Position numbers and translations under genes: made by a program. A stretch of 64,000 bases of DNA, taken from assembly GCA_944392145.1 (NCBI GenBank), contig CALXVS010000003.1, forward strand, positions 7,594 through 71,593, in the 5' to 3' direction. The stretch is from an uncultured Alphaproteobacteria bacterium (lineage in GTDB: Bacteria; Pseudomonadota; Alphaproteobacteria; CAAHEQ01; UBA3637). The stretch's first letter is position 1. Each line of letters opens with the position of its first letter. Positions 49,207-60,800 of this stretch are shown one piece after another. A model generated the notes under the pieces. That model made no database searches. It was not told where the DNA came from and saw only the letters and a list, made by a program, of their open reading frames with translations.

Positions 49207-51834
49207 ATGCAACTGAAATCTCTTTTTGGCTCGGCCAACGACAGGTATTTAAAAAAACTGCGTAAAACAATCACACAAATCAATGCGTTTGAGCCGGAAT
49301 TTGAAAAATTGACGGATGAAGCCTTAAAGGCCAAAACCGATGAGTTTAAGCAACGGTATCAAAATCAGGAAAGTTTGGATGACTTATTACCCGAAGCATT
49401 TGCCGTTGTCCGGGAAGCGGCTAAACGGGTGTTGGGGTTACGGCCATTTGATGTCCAGTTGCTGGGGGGCATCATTTTGCACAAAGGAAAGATTGCCGAA
49501 ATGCGCACGGGTGAAGGAAAAACGCTTGTGGCCACCATGCCGGTTTATTTGAATGCCCTTGCGGGAAAAGGGGTGCATGTTGTCACCGTCAATGATTATT
49601 TGGCCAAACGCGACAGCAATTGGATGGGAGAAATTTACCGCTTTTTGGGGTTAAGTGTTGACTGCATCACGTCGGGTTTGAATAAAGCCCAACGCAAAGC
49701 GGCTTATGCTTGCGATATTACCTATGCAACCAATAATGAATTGGGGTTTGACTATTTGCGGGATAACACGTGTTTTTCACCGGAAGAAATGGTGCAACGG
49801 CCGTTTTCATACGCTATTGTTGATGAGGTTGACTCTATTTTGATTGACGAAGCACGCACACCTTTGATTCTGTCGGGGCCGGCGGAAGATTCGTCGGAAC
49901 GATACATTGCCGTTGATAAAATCATGCGCTCTGTTCAACCCGAACATTATGAAAAAGATGAAAAGCATCGCTCGGTAAATTTGACCGAAGCCGGCACGGA
50001 GTATGTTGAGAGACAGTTACAAACGGCCGGGTTGATTCAAGGCGGCTTATATGACATTGAAAACATCGCCTTTGTTCACCATGTAGAGCAAGCATTAAGG
50101 GCTCATACCTTGTTTCAACGTGATGTAGACTATATCGTGAAAGAAGGACAAGTTCTGATTATTGATGAATTTACGGGTCGTATTATGAACGGTCGCCGTT
50201 ACGGGAACGGGCTGCATCAAGCGATTGAAGCCAAAGAAGGTGTGAAAATTCAAGCAGAAAATCAAACATTGGCGTCTATCACGTTCCAAAATTATTTCAG
50301 AATGTATCCCAAGCTGGCGGGAATGACCGGAACGGCCATGACGGAGGCCGGTGAATTTGACAGCATCTATCATTTGGATGTGATTGAAATTCCGACAAAT
50401 CGTCCGTCCGGCCGGGTTGACGCGCAGGATGTTATCTATCGCACGGCCGAGGAAAAATACGAAGCGATTATCGCTGAAATTCAAGCGGCTCACAATCGGC
50501 GTCAACCGATTTTGGTCGGAACGACGTCTATTGAAAAATCCGAGTTATTGGCCAACTTGTTAAAGACGCGAACGAATATCCCGTTCAGTGTTCTAAATGC
50601 CCGTCATCACGAGCAGGAAGCCCAAATTATCGCCCAAGCGGGTGTCCCGGGAGCCGTTACCATTGCCACGAATATGGCCGGTCGTGGAACAGATATTCAA
50701 TTAGGTGGTAATTTTGAGATGCGCTTGGCAGAAGAAAAAGCCAAAAATCCAACAGCGGATGAGGCAGAGCTGGCACGCCGCATTAAACAAGAAATTGCTA
50801 AAAACAAACAGATTGCCTTGGAAGCGGGGGGCTTATATGTGTTGGGATCGGAACGCCATGAAAGCCGGCGTATTGATAATCAGCTGCGTGGCCGTTCGGG
50901 ACGTCAGGGTGACCCGGGATTATCCAAGTTCTATGTATCGTTAGAAGATAACCTGATGCGTATTTTCGGATCAGAACGTATCGGAAACATTTTAAAAACA
51001 CTGGGTATGCCACGCGGCGAATCCATTAACCATCCTTGGATTACCAAAGCGATTGCCAAAGCCCAGCAGAAAGTTGAATCCTATCATTTTGACTTGCGTA
51101 AAGATTTATTGAAGTATGATGATGTGATGAACGAGCAGCGCAAAATCATTTATGAACAACGCAAAGAAATGATGATGGCCGATTCGGTTGCCGATGTGCT
51201 TGAAAGCATGCGAGAGGACTGTATTCAAAACATGGTTTATTCTTTAGCACCGGCTAAAACATCACCGGCGGAATGGGATGCCAAAAAGTTGGCACAAGAA
51301 ACCATGCATTTGTTGGGATTAGAGGTGCCGTATACCTCATGGTTGAACGAACCGGGGTTGACACCTGAAGAAATCGTTGACCGTTTGAAAAAACTGTCGG
51401 CCGACATGTTGGATGCCAAAATGAAGGTTTTTCCGGCAGATGTGCGCCGTTATATTGAAAAAAATGTTTTGATTCAAACAATTGATCAATATTGGAAAGA
51501 GCATCTGCAAACGTTGGATTTTATGAAAACGTCTATCGGGTTAAGAGCCTATGCCCAACGCAATCCGTTGAATGAGTATAAACAGGAAGCCTTTTTATCC
51601 TTTGAATCCTTGTTGTCCCGTGTGCGAGAACATGTGACGCGCGTGTTGGCCTTAAGTGAATTTCAAATTCGCCAGGAACCGTCGCGGCCTGTCACGGCTG
51701 AACATGAAACGCCTGCATCGGAAGCATCAGACGGTGTGCCCGTATCGGCAACCGAGGGGAAAATCGGCCGCAACGCCCCTTGTCCGTGCGGATCGGGAAA
51801 AAAGTATAAGTATTGTTGCGGTAAGTTAGCCTGA
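49207..51834 (+). CDS. secA: preprotein translocase ATPase SecA
   Basis: 875 aa; DEAD-like motor motifs ([11 protein letters not shown]; [13 protein letters not shown]) and a C-terminal zinc-binding [14 protein letters not shown]. Confidence 0.95.
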   Translation: MQLKSLFGSANDRYLKKLRKTITQINAFEPEFEKLTDEALKAKTDEFKQRYQNQESLDDLLPEAFAVVREAAKRVLGLRPFDVQLLGGIILHKGKIAEMRTGEGKTLVATMPVYLNALAGKGVHVVTVNDYLAKRDSNWMGEIYRFLGLSVDCITSGLNKAQRKAAYACDITYATNNELGFDYLRDNTCFSPEEMVQRPFSYAIVDEVDSILIDEARTPLILSGPAEDSSERYIAVDKIMRSVQPEHYEKDEKHRSVNLTEAGTEYVERQLQTAGLIQGGLYDIENIAFVHHVEQALRAHTLFQRDVDYIVKEGQVLIIDEFTGRIMNGRRYGNGLHQAIEAKEGVKIQAENQTLASITFQNYFRMYPKLAGMTGTAMTEAGEFDSIYHLDVIEIPTNRPSGRVDAQDVIYRTAEEKYEAIIAEIQAAHNRRQPILVGTTSIEKSELLANLLKTRTNIPFSVLNARHHEQEAQIIAQAGVPGAVTIATNMAGRGTDIQLGGNFEMRLAEEKAKNPTADEAELARRIKQEIAKNKQIALEAGGLYVLGSERHESRRIDNQLRGRSGRQGDPGLSKFYVSLEDNLMRIFGSERIGNILKTLGMPRGESINHPWITKAIAKAQQKVESYHFDLRKDLLKYDDVMNEQRKIIYEQRKEMMMADSVADVLESMREDCIQNMVYSLAPAKTSPAEWDAKKLAQETMHLLGLEVPYTSWLNEPGLTPEEIVDRLKKLSADMLDAKMKVFPADVRRYIEKNVLIQTIDQYWKEHLQTLDFMKTSIGLRAYAQRNPLNEYKQEAFLSFESLLSRVREHVTRVLALSEFQIRQEPSRPVTAEHETPASEASDGVPVSATEGKIGRNAPCPCGSGKKYKYCCGKLA

Positions 51835-51849
51835 AGGCGGCATAATTAA

Positions 51850-51883
51850 CCCCCATTGATGGTGATCAATGGGGGTGTTTTTA
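51850..51883 (+). terminator. rho-independent terminator after secA
   Basis: cccccattgat-ggtg-atcaatggggg followed by tgttttta. Confidence 0.75.
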
Positions 51884-52846
51884 TTTCTGATATAAGCGCC
51901 AAGTACTTAAAATAATTTCATCCAGCGAGCTGTGCCGGGGTGTCCAGCCCAATATCGTATGAGCCGCATCGGCTTTTGCCGTCAGTTTGGCCGGATCTCC
52001 GGGACGGCGTGGGGCAATGTCAAAGGAAATTGGCCGATGAATCAGCTCTTGTGTTTTTTGAATCATATCCATGACAGAGTGTCCCGTTCCTGTTCCCAGA
52101 TTTAAAATTTGGCTTTTCCCGCCGGTTTTTAAATAATGCAGTGCCCGCACATGGGCATCGGCCAAATCTGTTACATGAATATAATCACGGATACAGGTCC
52201 CGTCGGGTGTATCATAATCGTTACCAAAGACGGCCATTTTGGAACGGATGCCGGCGGCCGTTTCCATAATAATCGGCAGCAGATTTTGCGGATTTTTCTC
52301 TAATCCTTTGACGCGGCCGGCCGCATCGTATCCGACGGCGTTAAAATACCTTAAAGAAACAAAGCGGATGTCTTTTAACCGGTCGTACCATGTTAAAAAA
52401 CGCTCAATTTCTAATTTTGTGAAACCGTAAAAATTGATAGGGTCAACAGGGCATGTTTCATCTAACACACTTTCTTGCGGTATACCGTAAACCGCGGCAG
52501 ACGAGGAAAAAACAAAGGCTTTAACTTTGTTTTCGGCCATCGCATTTAACACATTCAATGTCCCCGAAATATTGTTTTCGGCATATTTGTCCGGATACTG
52601 CATAGATTCACCGACAGCTTTTTTGGCTGCCAGATGAACAACGGCCTCTTGCCCGGTCATAGCGGCGGATAAGGCTTGTTTATCCAAGATATCGCCTTGA
52701 ATAAAACGGGCAGTGGGGAAAAGATTTTCCCGCGTGCCGGTTGACAGGTTATCAAAAACCGTAACCGTTGCCCCATTATCTAATAATGCGGCAACAACAT
52801 GACTGCCGATATAACCGGCACCGCCGATGACCAAAACATTTGTCAT
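51881..52846 (-). CDS. galE: UDP-glucose 4-epimerase
   Basis: NAD-binding GGAGYIGSH, catalytic YGFTK (YxxxK), 321 aa. Confidence 0.85.
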   Translation of the reverse strand: MTNVLVIGGAGYIGSHVVAALLDNGATVTVFDNLSTGTRENLFPTARFIQGDILDKQALSAAMTGQEAVVHLAAKKAVGESMQYPDKYAENNISGTLNVLNAMAENKVKAFVFSSSAAVYGIPQESVLDETCPVDPINFYGFTKLEIERFLTWYDRLKDIRFVSLRYFNAVGYDAAGRVKGLEKNPQNLLPIIMETAAGIRSKMAVFGNDYDTPDGTCIRDYIHVTDLADAHVRALHYLKTGGKSQILNLGTGTGHSVMDMIQKTQELIHRPISFDIAPRRPGDPAKLTAKADAAHTILGWTPRHSSLDEIILSTWRLYQK

Positions 52847-53452
52847 TTATTTCTCCTGATATCGTTTTAAAGCTGTTTCCCAATTTAACAGGTGATCCAA
52901 AATCCCCTGCACAAAATCGGCACGCCGGTTTTGATGATCCAAATAATAGGCATGTTCCCACACGTCAATTGTCAACAGCGGTGTTGCTGCCGGATTTGTC
53001 AGCGGGGTAGCCGCATTGGATGTTGTGATTATTTTTAAATGCCCGTCTTGAAAGATAAGCCAAGCCCACCCGCTGCCGAATTGTCCCAATGCAGCCTTTT
53101 TGAAAGCCTCTTTAAACGATTCGTAAGAGCCGAAATCTGCTTCAATCAAAGACATCAACTTTGGTGTTGGTGTTGTTTTTGACGTATCATTCGTTAAAGA
53201 GTTCCAAAAAAATTCGTGGTTGTAAACTTGGGCAGCGTTGTTGAACAAGGCCGTATCCAACGTATCGGCGGCAGCCGTAAAAATAAGCTGCTTCAGATTT
53301 AAATTTTCCCGATCGGTTCCTTTGATCAGATCGTTTGTGTTTTTCACATATGTCGCATAATGCTTGCCATAGTGATAGGATAACGTTTCTTCGCTGATGA
53401 CGGGGGCCAATGCGTTCATGGCATAAGGCAACGGCTGCATGGATAATGGCAT
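52847..53452 (-). CDS. sodB: superoxide dismutase [Fe-type signature]
   Basis: MPLSMQPLPYAMNALAPVIS..., HYGKHH-like HYGKHYATY, Fe-type AAQVYNHEFFW, DVWEHAYY. Start at internal ATG 53450-53452 with an aaaggag RBS. Confidence 0.8.
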   Translation of the reverse strand: MPLSMQPLPYAMNALAPVISEETLSYHYGKHYATYVKNTNDLIKGTDRENLNLKQLIFTAAADTLDTALFNNAAQVYNHEFFWNSLTNDTSKTTPTPKLMSLIEADFGSYESFKEAFKKAALGQFGSGWAWLIFQDGHLKIITTSNAATPLTNPAATPLLTIDVWEHAYYLDHQNRRADFVQGILDHLLNWETALKRYQEK

Positions 53453-53571
53453 AATAAATCTCCTTTCTTGATTGTTGAAGTATACACCAAAAATAAATAG
53501 ACGCAAACAATAAAAAAGAAAAGAGCTTTTAAAAAAACAATCAGACTTTTAAAAAGGTGTGCAAAAAAAAG

Positions 53572-53600
53572 TTGATTTTCGGTGATGGGTTTGATATACT
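53572..53600 (+). promoter_or_regulatory. sigma70-type promoter for tRNA-Leu (TTGATT-17-TATACT)
   Basis: Read directly; the -10 ends 13 nt before the tRNA 5' end. Confidence 0.5.
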
Positions 53601-53613
53601 TTTTTCAAATTGT

Positions 53614-53698
53614 GCGGTTATGGCGGAATTGGTAGACGCTCAGCGTTGAGGTCGCTGTGGAGAGATCCGTGGAAGTTCGAGTCTTCTTAACCGCACCA
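53614..53698 (+). tRNA. tRNA-Leu (anticodon GAG)
   Basis: GCGGTTATGGCGGAATTGGTAGACGCTCAGCGTTGAGGTCGCTGTGGAGAGATCCGTGGAAGTTCGAGTCTTCTTAACCGCACCA. Class II tRNA with long variable arm, anticodon loop TTGAGGT, and encoded CCA. Confidence 0.85.
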
Positions 53699-53780
53699 TC
53701 TTTTATAAGCCGTTTTGCCGATTCAAAAAACGGCGACTGATTCCCCCAATCCCGAACATGTGAAAAGGAGTGTTTTTACC

Positions 53781-54461
53781 ATGGCGGATCAAAGGCGGCA
53801 TATCCTTGTGATTGATGATGATACGCGGTTAAGGCGATTGCTTTATCGGTATTTAACGGATAACGGGTTTGATGTCAGTGAAGCCGCCGATACCATGCAG
53901 GCCGAACAGTTGTTTTCCTTGTTTTCCTTTGATTTGTTGGTGATGGATGTGATGATGCCCGGAAAAACCGGAACCGTGTTTACAAAAGAGTTGCGAGATC
54001 GTGGTTTTGTAACGCCGATTTTGATGTTGACAGCTATGGGGCAGGTAGATGATCGCATCAGCGGCCTTGAAAACGGCGCCGATGATTATCTGTGTAAACC
54101 GTTTGAACCCAAAGAATTATTGTTGCGAATACACAATCTGTTAAAGCGGCGGGAACAGGTCATTCTTCAAACAAATCAAGTTTCTTTCGGCAGTTGTATA
54201 TATGATGTCAGACGGGGACTTTTAACAAAGGACGGCGTGCCGGTGGCTTTAACAACGGCCGATCAGACGTTACTGCGTCTTTTGGCGGCCAAAAGCGGAG
54301 AAGCTGTTTCGCGCGAGGAATTGGGGCAAATTTTGGGGACCGATAATTTAAGAACAATTGATGTTCAAATTACACGATTGCGCAAAAAAATAGATTCACC
54401 GAACCAACCGGCCTGCATTCAAACCGTTCGGGGACAGGGATATGCCCTGATTTTATCATGA
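53781..54461 (+). CDS. two-component response regulator, OmpR family
   Basis: Receiver domain (ILVIDDD...DLLVMDVMMPG...K), winged-helix C-terminus (LLRLL....G..VSREEL.........R..DVQI.RLRKK). Start at ATG 53781. Confidence 0.8.
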   Translation: MADQRRHILVIDDDTRLRRLLYRYLTDNGFDVSEAADTMQAEQLFSLFSFDLLVMDVMMPGKTGTVFTKELRDRGFVTPILMLTAMGQVDDRISGLENGADDYLCKPFEPKELLLRIHNLLKRREQVILQTNQVSFGSCIYDVRRGLLTKDGVPVALTTADQTLLRLLAAKSGEAVSREELGQILGTDNLRTIDVQITRLRKKIDSPNQPACIQTVRGQGYALILS

Positions 54462-55825
54462 AAGTACCGTTTTTTCCGGTTTTACGCCTGTTGGGGACAT
54501 GGAGTACCGCCATTTTACGGTATATCAAATCGGTTATTTTGCCCAAAGGGTTGTTATACCGCTTTATTTTGATTATTTTGTTGCCGTTGATTTTGCTTCA
54601 AACAATTGTCGGTTTCTTCTTTTATGACCGTCATTGGTCTACACTCAGCCGTCGGCTCAGTTATGATATTGTCGGTGAAATTGAAACGGTGGCCTTTTTA
54701 ATTGAAACGCATGATTTTTCGGATGCACAGCTTGATGATTTTTTTCGGGCAATGAAAAAAAATTTGACACTTGATATGCACTATCTGCCCTTTAAAACAT
54801 TGGCAGATTTTGGGTTAACGCCCCTTAAACAAGTGTCTGAAACTTTACCCGCCGCATTGGTTTCATTGCCATATCCGACAGCAATGACAAAAACAAATAA
54901 TCGCCAGCAAATCGCTTGGGTGCAACTGTCTGATGGTGTACTAAAAACAATTGTGCCGCGTAAGCGGTTTTTCAGTTCAACCGTTTATGTCTTTTTATTA
55001 TGGATGATCGGTTCGTCTTTTTTGTTGTTTTGGATTGCTTTTTTGTTTATGAAAAATCAGGTGCGTTCCATTGAACGTTTGTCCAAAGCGGCCGAGTTGT
55101 TTGGTATGGGACATGATTTGTCGGGGTTTAAACCCGAAGGGGCTACCGAAGTCAAACAGGCCGGTTTTTCTTTTATTTTAATGAAAAACCGAATTCAGCG
55201 TTATTTGACCGAACGAACCGGTATGTTAGCCGGGGTATCGCATGATTTAAGGACGCCTTTGACACGTATGAAACTGCAATTGTCTATGATGCCGCAAAAC
55301 GAGATGATAAGCGACCTTCAAACCGACGTGTTGGAAATGGAACAGATGCTAAACGGGTATTTAAATTTTGCCCGTGGTGCCGGTCAAGAAAAAATGCAGG
55401 AAATCAATTTAAATGCATTGGTTACAGGATTAGTAGAAAAAGCGACTCGTGCCGGTCAAAAAATAGATTTCCATGCAGAACAACAAATTGTTGTGTTCGG
55501 ACGTCCGGGTGATTTAAGCCGTGCAATTACAAATATCATAACCAACGCGGGACGATATGCCAAGCGAACCCAAATTCAACTGGGTATTCGCCAAAAAATG
55601 ATTGCATTGATCATTGATGATAACGGGCCCGGTATTCCGAAAGACAAGCGGCGCGAGGTTTTTAAGGCCTTTTATCGTTTGGATGCCTCACGTAATTCTC
55701 AAACCGGTGGTGTAGGGTTGGGCATGACAATTACGCGGGACATTATTTTGTCCCATGGTGGGGAAATTACATTACATACAAGCCCGCAACGGGGTTTACG
55801 TGTTATTATTTGCTTACCGATTTAA
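54458..55825 (+). CDS. sensor histidine kinase (EnvZ-like: 2 TM, HAMP, HisKA, HATPase_c)
   Basis: H-box SHDLRTPLT; N-, G1- and G2-boxes (NIITNAGRYA; DDNGPGIP; GGVGLGMTI). Overlaps the response-regulator gene by 4 nt. Confidence 0.8.
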   Translation: MKVPFFPVLRLLGTWSTAILRYIKSVILPKGLLYRFILIILLPLILLQTIVGFFFYDRHWSTLSRRLSYDIVGEIETVAFLIETHDFSDAQLDDFFRAMKKNLTLDMHYLPFKTLADFGLTPLKQVSETLPAALVSLPYPTAMTKTNNRQQIAWVQLSDGVLKTIVPRKRFFSSTVYVFLLWMIGSSFLLFWIAFLFMKNQVRSIERLSKAAELFGMGHDLSGFKPEGATEVKQAGFSFILMKNRIQRYLTERTGMLAGVSHDLRTPLTRMKLQLSMMPQNEMISDLQTDVLEMEQMLNGYLNFARGAGQEKMQEINLNALVTGLVEKATRAGQKIDFHAEQQIVVFGRPGDLSRAITNIITNAGRYAKRTQIQLGIRQKMIALIIDDNGPGIPKDKRREVFKAFYRLDASRNSQTGGVGLGMTITRDIILSHGGEITLHTSPQRGLRVIICLPI

Positions 55826-56097
55826 ATGACTTTACTTTTGAAATTTTGAAAAGTAACCTATTTGGAGCGTTTTTTTAATAAAATACCCCTCATAAATTTT
55901 TACTTTTTTTTCTGTTTTTAACCAAAAAAACGAATCATTTTTATTTTTTACATGTTTTTTGATGTATTTTTATGAAAAAAGAATATGTTTTTTTATAAAA
56001 ATACACTCGCCCAATGAATGATTGTTTTTATAATATATTGATATTTTTATGTTTTTTTGTATTTTTTAAAAAAAATAAATTTTTTTAAAAAATATAT

Positions 56098-56126
56098 TGA
56101 CAAAAGGAGAATAACGTGATATGTTG
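56098..56126 (+). promoter_or_regulatory. candidate promoter TTGACA-17-TATGTT at the end of an 85%-AT region
   Basis: Perfect -35. No annotated gene lies downstream; a terminator sits about 150 nt further on, consistent with a small RNA. Confidence 0.35.
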
Positions 56127-56252
56127 ATCTTGTCATCGCAAGATGATCGGAAGCGTTTGTGGTTTAGTCTCCCTATTTGAAACAAGCGTTTTTCCGAATA
56201 ATGGAAAGAGTGAACTGCCCCCCCTTTTTTTGTTCCTCTTTTCATTGTCAGG

Positions 56253-56284
56253 GCATCCGGTTTAAGGCCGGATGCCTTTTTTTA
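56253..56284 (+). terminator. rho-independent terminator (ggcatccgg...ccggatgcc + TTTTTTT)
   Basis: 9-bp GC stem followed by a 7-T run, read directly. Confidence 0.7.
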
Positions 56285-56297
56285 TACGTGAGCAGGA

Positions 56298-56552
56298 TTA
56301 TCGGGCATAAAGAAAGGGAAAGTTTTCATGAATGATGGTTTGAAACAAATCATATCCTGCCTGATATCGGGGGCCGGCAAAAAAATCATCAATCGGGGAT
56401 AACAAATCGTCAATCACTTGTTGCCCCATGGGAAGCGTTTCATCATATTGCCGGTCATAAAAGGCATTGTTCAGGGTGGATTCAACTTGGGCAATAATCG
56501 TTGAGCATAATAAATCGTAACGGCGGATTTTTTCACAATCAGGTAGGGGCAT
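56298..56552 (-). CDS. hypothetical protein (84 aa), divergent from the RND efflux operon
   Basis: Good RBS (aaaggag 7 nt upstream). No TM and no recognisable motif. Confidence 0.45.
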   Translation of the reverse strand: MPLPDCEKIRRYDLLCSTIIAQVESTLNNAFYDRQYDETLPMGQQVIDDLLSPIDDFFAGPRYQAGYDLFQTIIHENFPFLYAR

Positions 56553-56726
56553 GGGGATTCTCCTTTATACTTCCGGCTTATTATAATAACAATTTTTGTT
56601 ATCGTCAAGGAATAACTTATTTTATTCATTAAAAAAAATAAAGACGAAAGAACACCCAACCTTGTTTATTGACTTTAGGTCTTTTCGGCTTATTTTTTTA
56701 ATAGGGTGATTTTTTACGGGGCAGCC

Positions 56727-57881
56727 ATGAACAAAGAACGTCTTTTTTTATACAGTTTAATCGGTATATTGATGATTGGCATCGGTATTTTGGGTGTTAA
56801 AGAGATAGAGCGGCATAGGCAAAAGAATGATACAGCATATAATCCGCAGGTGCCGGTTTTACCGGTTGTCACCCTTAAACCGACAGATGTGACGGTTGAA
56901 TATCCGTTTATCGGACGGGTAATCCCCGTCCATTTTGTGGATGTTGTTCCGCATATCAGCGGATATGTAGATAAAATTGATGTGACGGGGGGATCATTTG
57001 TGCATGCGGGTGATGTTTTGTTTCAAATTCGCTCAGATGAATTTAAAGCGCGCCGTGATTTGGCCGCAGCCGATGTTTTAAAAGCCGAGGCGGATTTACG
57101 GAATGCAGAAAGGTATTTAAAGCGTGTGCAGCAAACAAAGTCAAACGCTTTGTCTCAAACCGAAATTGATCAAGCCGAAGCGAATTATTTGGCGGCCAAA
57201 GGAACATATAAAGCTGCCGAAGCAAATTTATCACTGGCACGAATTGAATATGATTATACCCGCGTAACGGCACCAATTGACGGTATTGTCGGATACGTGA
57301 ACATATCGCCGGGGGATTATATTTCCCCTGAATCGGAAGATCTAATACGGGTGATTCAATACCACCCGATTCGGGTGGTTTTTTCTTTATCGGATAAAGA
57401 ATATTTAGCTCTTGTCACGGATGGCCTCCATTTTTTAAACCAAGGAACGGTTCGGTTGCGACTGGCAAATGGGCAACTGTATCCCTATGTGGGGCAGATT
57501 CGGTTTTTAAATAATGAAATTACCTCGCAAACGTCATCCATCAGTGCTTATGCTGATTTTCCCAATCCGGATAATGTGTTATTAAGTAATGCCTTTGTGC
57601 GTGTCCTCTTTGAACAAACATTTCAAGGGGCCCTACTTGTCAAAGACGTATGGGTTGAATTAACGGGACAAGGGGCTTTTTTAACGGTGCTGCGTAAGGG
57701 AAAAGTAATGCGCGTCTCTGTTGTGTTGGCCCCGGCGGGTGTTGGACAGTATCGGGTTGTTTCCGGGGTGTATCCGGATGATGCCGTTGTAACGGTTAAA
57801 GTATCTGCTGATCAAATCGGCCGACCGGCGCAAGCCCAACCGGAACATTTGCCCGAATCCGAAACAGGGGCGTTAAAGTAA
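56727..57881 (+). CDS. efflux RND transporter periplasmic adaptor subunit (HlyD/AcrA family)
   Basis: N-terminal TM anchor, coiled-coil alpha-hairpin, biotinyl/lipoyl-like and beta-barrel segments; 384 aa from ATG 56727. Confidence 0.85.
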   Translation: MNKERLFLYSLIGILMIGIGILGVKEIERHRQKNDTAYNPQVPVLPVVTLKPTDVTVEYPFIGRVIPVHFVDVVPHISGYVDKIDVTGGSFVHAGDVLFQIRSDEFKARRDLAAADVLKAEADLRNAERYLKRVQQTKSNALSQTEIDQAEANYLAAKGTYKAAEANLSLARIEYDYTRVTAPIDGIVGYVNISPGDYISPESEDLIRVIQYHPIRVVFSLSDKEYLALVTDGLHFLNQGTVRLRLANGQLYPYVGQIRFLNNEITSQTSSISAYADFPNPDNVLLSNAFVRVLFEQTFQGALLVKDVWVELTGQGAFLTVLRKGKVMRVSVVLAPAGVGQYRVVSGVYPDDAVVTVKVSADQIGRPAQAQPEHLPESETGALK

Positions 57882-60800
57882 TGTTTTCAAAATTTTTTAT
57901 TGATAATCCGCGTTTTTCAGGGGTTGTGGCCGTTGTTATGATATTGGTCGGAACCTTATGCCTGTTTATTTTGCCGGTTTCACAATATCCGGCGGTAACA
58001 CCGCCGCAAATTATTGTATCAGCCTCTTATCCGGGGGCGGGCGCTGCTTCTTTGGTTGATACAGTGGCGGTCCCAATTGAAAATGCTTTAAATGGGGTAG
58101 AGGGCATGTTATACATGTCGTCTACAGCGGATGATACGGGAACATATCAATTAACCATAACATTTGATATCGGTACGGATGCCGATATGGCTCAAGTCAA
58201 AGTTGAAAACCGCCTGCAACAGGTGCAAGCATTGCTCCCCGATATTGTTATACAGGAGGGATTAAGTGTCCACACGCAATCGGCTAATATTTTGGGATTT
58301 CTGGTTTTGGAATCACCTGATAAAACCTTTGACCAGTTGTATTTAAGTAATTATGCCTATGAAAACATTCAAAATCCACTGGAACGCGTCAGCGGTGTCA
58401 GTGATGTAACGATTTATGGACCGCAATACAGTATGCGGATTTTTATGGACCCTGTTCGGATAGCTTCTTTGGGATTAACGGCCCAAGATGTGGTGACGGC
58501 CATAGAAGATCAAAATATTCAGGCCGCCTTGGGGGCTGTGGGCAGTGCCCCGGCAGCGGCTCGGGTTGATGTTGTGTTAAATGTAACGGCAAAAGGGTTA
58601 TTAAAAACGGTGGCGGCCTTTGAAGAAATTGTCCTCACCACTGATGAAAACGGTGGTATCATTCGGCTAAAGGATGTTGCCCGTATAGAATTGGGTGCGG
58701 ACAGTTATAACGTGTCGGCACGTTATGATAAATTACCGTCAGTCATTATTGCCTTAAGCCAAACAATCGGTTCCAATGCCTTAAAAACAATGGATGCCGT
58801 GCGTTCGGCGGCTCAGGGGTTACAACACTCATTCCCTGCCGGTATGCAACTTCGAGTCGTTTATGATTCCACTACCTTTGTGCGGGCATCAATTCAAAAT
58901 ATTTTGGGAACATTATTTTTGACATTTTTATTGGTTGTAGGCGTTGTTTTTTTATTTTTACAAAATATCCGTGCGACATTTATTCCGGCATTGACCATTC
59001 CGGTTTCTTTGATTGCAACATTTGCCGTTATTTATGTGATCGGAATGGATATCAATCTGTTGACGTTGTTTGCCATGATTTTGGCAATCGGATTGGTTGT
59101 GGATGATGCGATTATTGTTGTTGAACGGGTGCAATATTTAATGTTGCGCAAAAAAATGGACAGTTACGCCGCGGCTGTGCAGGCTATGAAAGATATTTCT
59201 TCTTCAATTGTGGCCACAACGCTGGTTTTATTGGCTATTTTTATTCCGGTCGGATTGATGGCCGGTATGACCGGTCGGATTTATGAACAGTTTGCTGTGA
59301 CGATATCTGCCGCGGTTGTGTTATCGGCCATCAACGCATTGACCTTGTCACCGGCGTTATGCGCTCTTTTCTTAAAGCAACGCAGAAAGCCGATACGGGA
59401 ACACCGGCATAAAAACCCGTTTGATTTGTTTAATACGGGGTTGGAAAAGGCGCAAAACGCTTATTTGCAAGGGGTCGGGTTTTTATGTCGGCACCCGGTG
59501 GTGATGGTGATGTTCTTTTTATTAGTGGTTGGTGGCATTATCGGATTATTTTATAAAACGCCGACATCCTTTTTACCGGCCGAAGATCAAGGAATCGTTT
59601 TTGCCGACATTCAGTTGCCGCAAACAGCCGGCATCAGTCAAACGCAAGCCTTATTAGAAAAAATGGAGACAAGCGTTTTAAAAAGAAAGGGTATTCAATA
59701 TGTGATCGGTATTGCCGGTGCCAGTTTGTTGGGCAGCGGCGGCGAAAATGTTGCCACGCTGGCTATCGGACTAAAACCGTGGGATGAGCGCACGGAAAAG
59801 GGACTATCGCAAGCTGCTATATTGGCTTCTTTAGAAAAAGAGTATGCCGATAATAAAACGGCAGAAATCAATTTCTTTGCATTGCCCGCTATTCCGGGGG
59901 TCGGAAACAGTGACGGTTTGTCCTTTCAATTAAATGCATTGAACACGCATTTGTCAGCGGATGCCTTGTCAGCGGCTCTTGACCGTTTGTTGACATTGAT
60001 CAGACAGTCTTCTGATTTTGAAACGGGATTTTCCACATATATGCCGCCGACGCCCCATGTATATTTAGATGTTGACCGCGAAAAATTAAAAGTTTTAGGA
60101 GTTAATTTATCTGATTTATTTTCGGTGCTTCAGGACAATTTGGGATCCCGTTATGTCAATAACATCACGTTGGGCGGACAAGTCAATAAAGTAATTATTC
60201 AAGCAGATGCGATGCATCGTAAAAATGTGTCTGATATTGAAAATTTATATGTTCGTTCACAAAACGGACAAATGATGCCGATCAAAGAATTTGTAACGGT
60301 TCAAACACGTATGGAACCAAAAGTTATTTATCGGTATAATCAATATTTGACGGCCGGTGTTTCGGCAATAGTCGCCGACGGGGTCAGCAGTGGAACCGCC
60401 ATTGAACAGGTGCGTTCCTTTGCGTCACAATTGGGACGTTCTTTCGGTATATCCTGGACGGGATTAAGTTTACAGGAGGTGGAAACGGCCGGATTAGTCT
60501 TTATTTTAATCGCATTGGCCTTTGTCTTCGGATATTTGTTTTTGGTCGCATTATATGAAAGCTGGTTAATTGCCTTTGCCGTTATTTTATCAAATGTATT
60601 TGCTATTTTAGGGGCCTTAATCGGATTGACTTTGATGCAGTTGCCGTTAAGTATTTATGCACAACTGGGTATCGTTTTGTTGATTGGGTTGGCCAGTAAG
60701 AATGCTATTTTGATTGTTCAATTCACACTTTATTATTGGCGTAACGGATTAGATTTGGTGTCGGCAGCCCTTCGCGGTGCGTCCGAACGATTTCGGGCAG

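Noticed and set aside
55826-56100. Possible replication origin in the 85%-AT stretch
   Set aside because: No DnaA-box-like 9-mers (TTATCCACA and variants) were spotted, and neither dnaA nor hemE flanks it. hdaA at the start of the window is not an origin marker. It is treated as a regulatory or curved-DNA region instead.
56201-56326. 41-codon ORF spanning the C8T7 tract and the terminator hairpin
   Set aside because: No SD sequence, it runs through a terminator stem, and its composition is Cys/Phe-rich as expected for non-coding GC/T runs.
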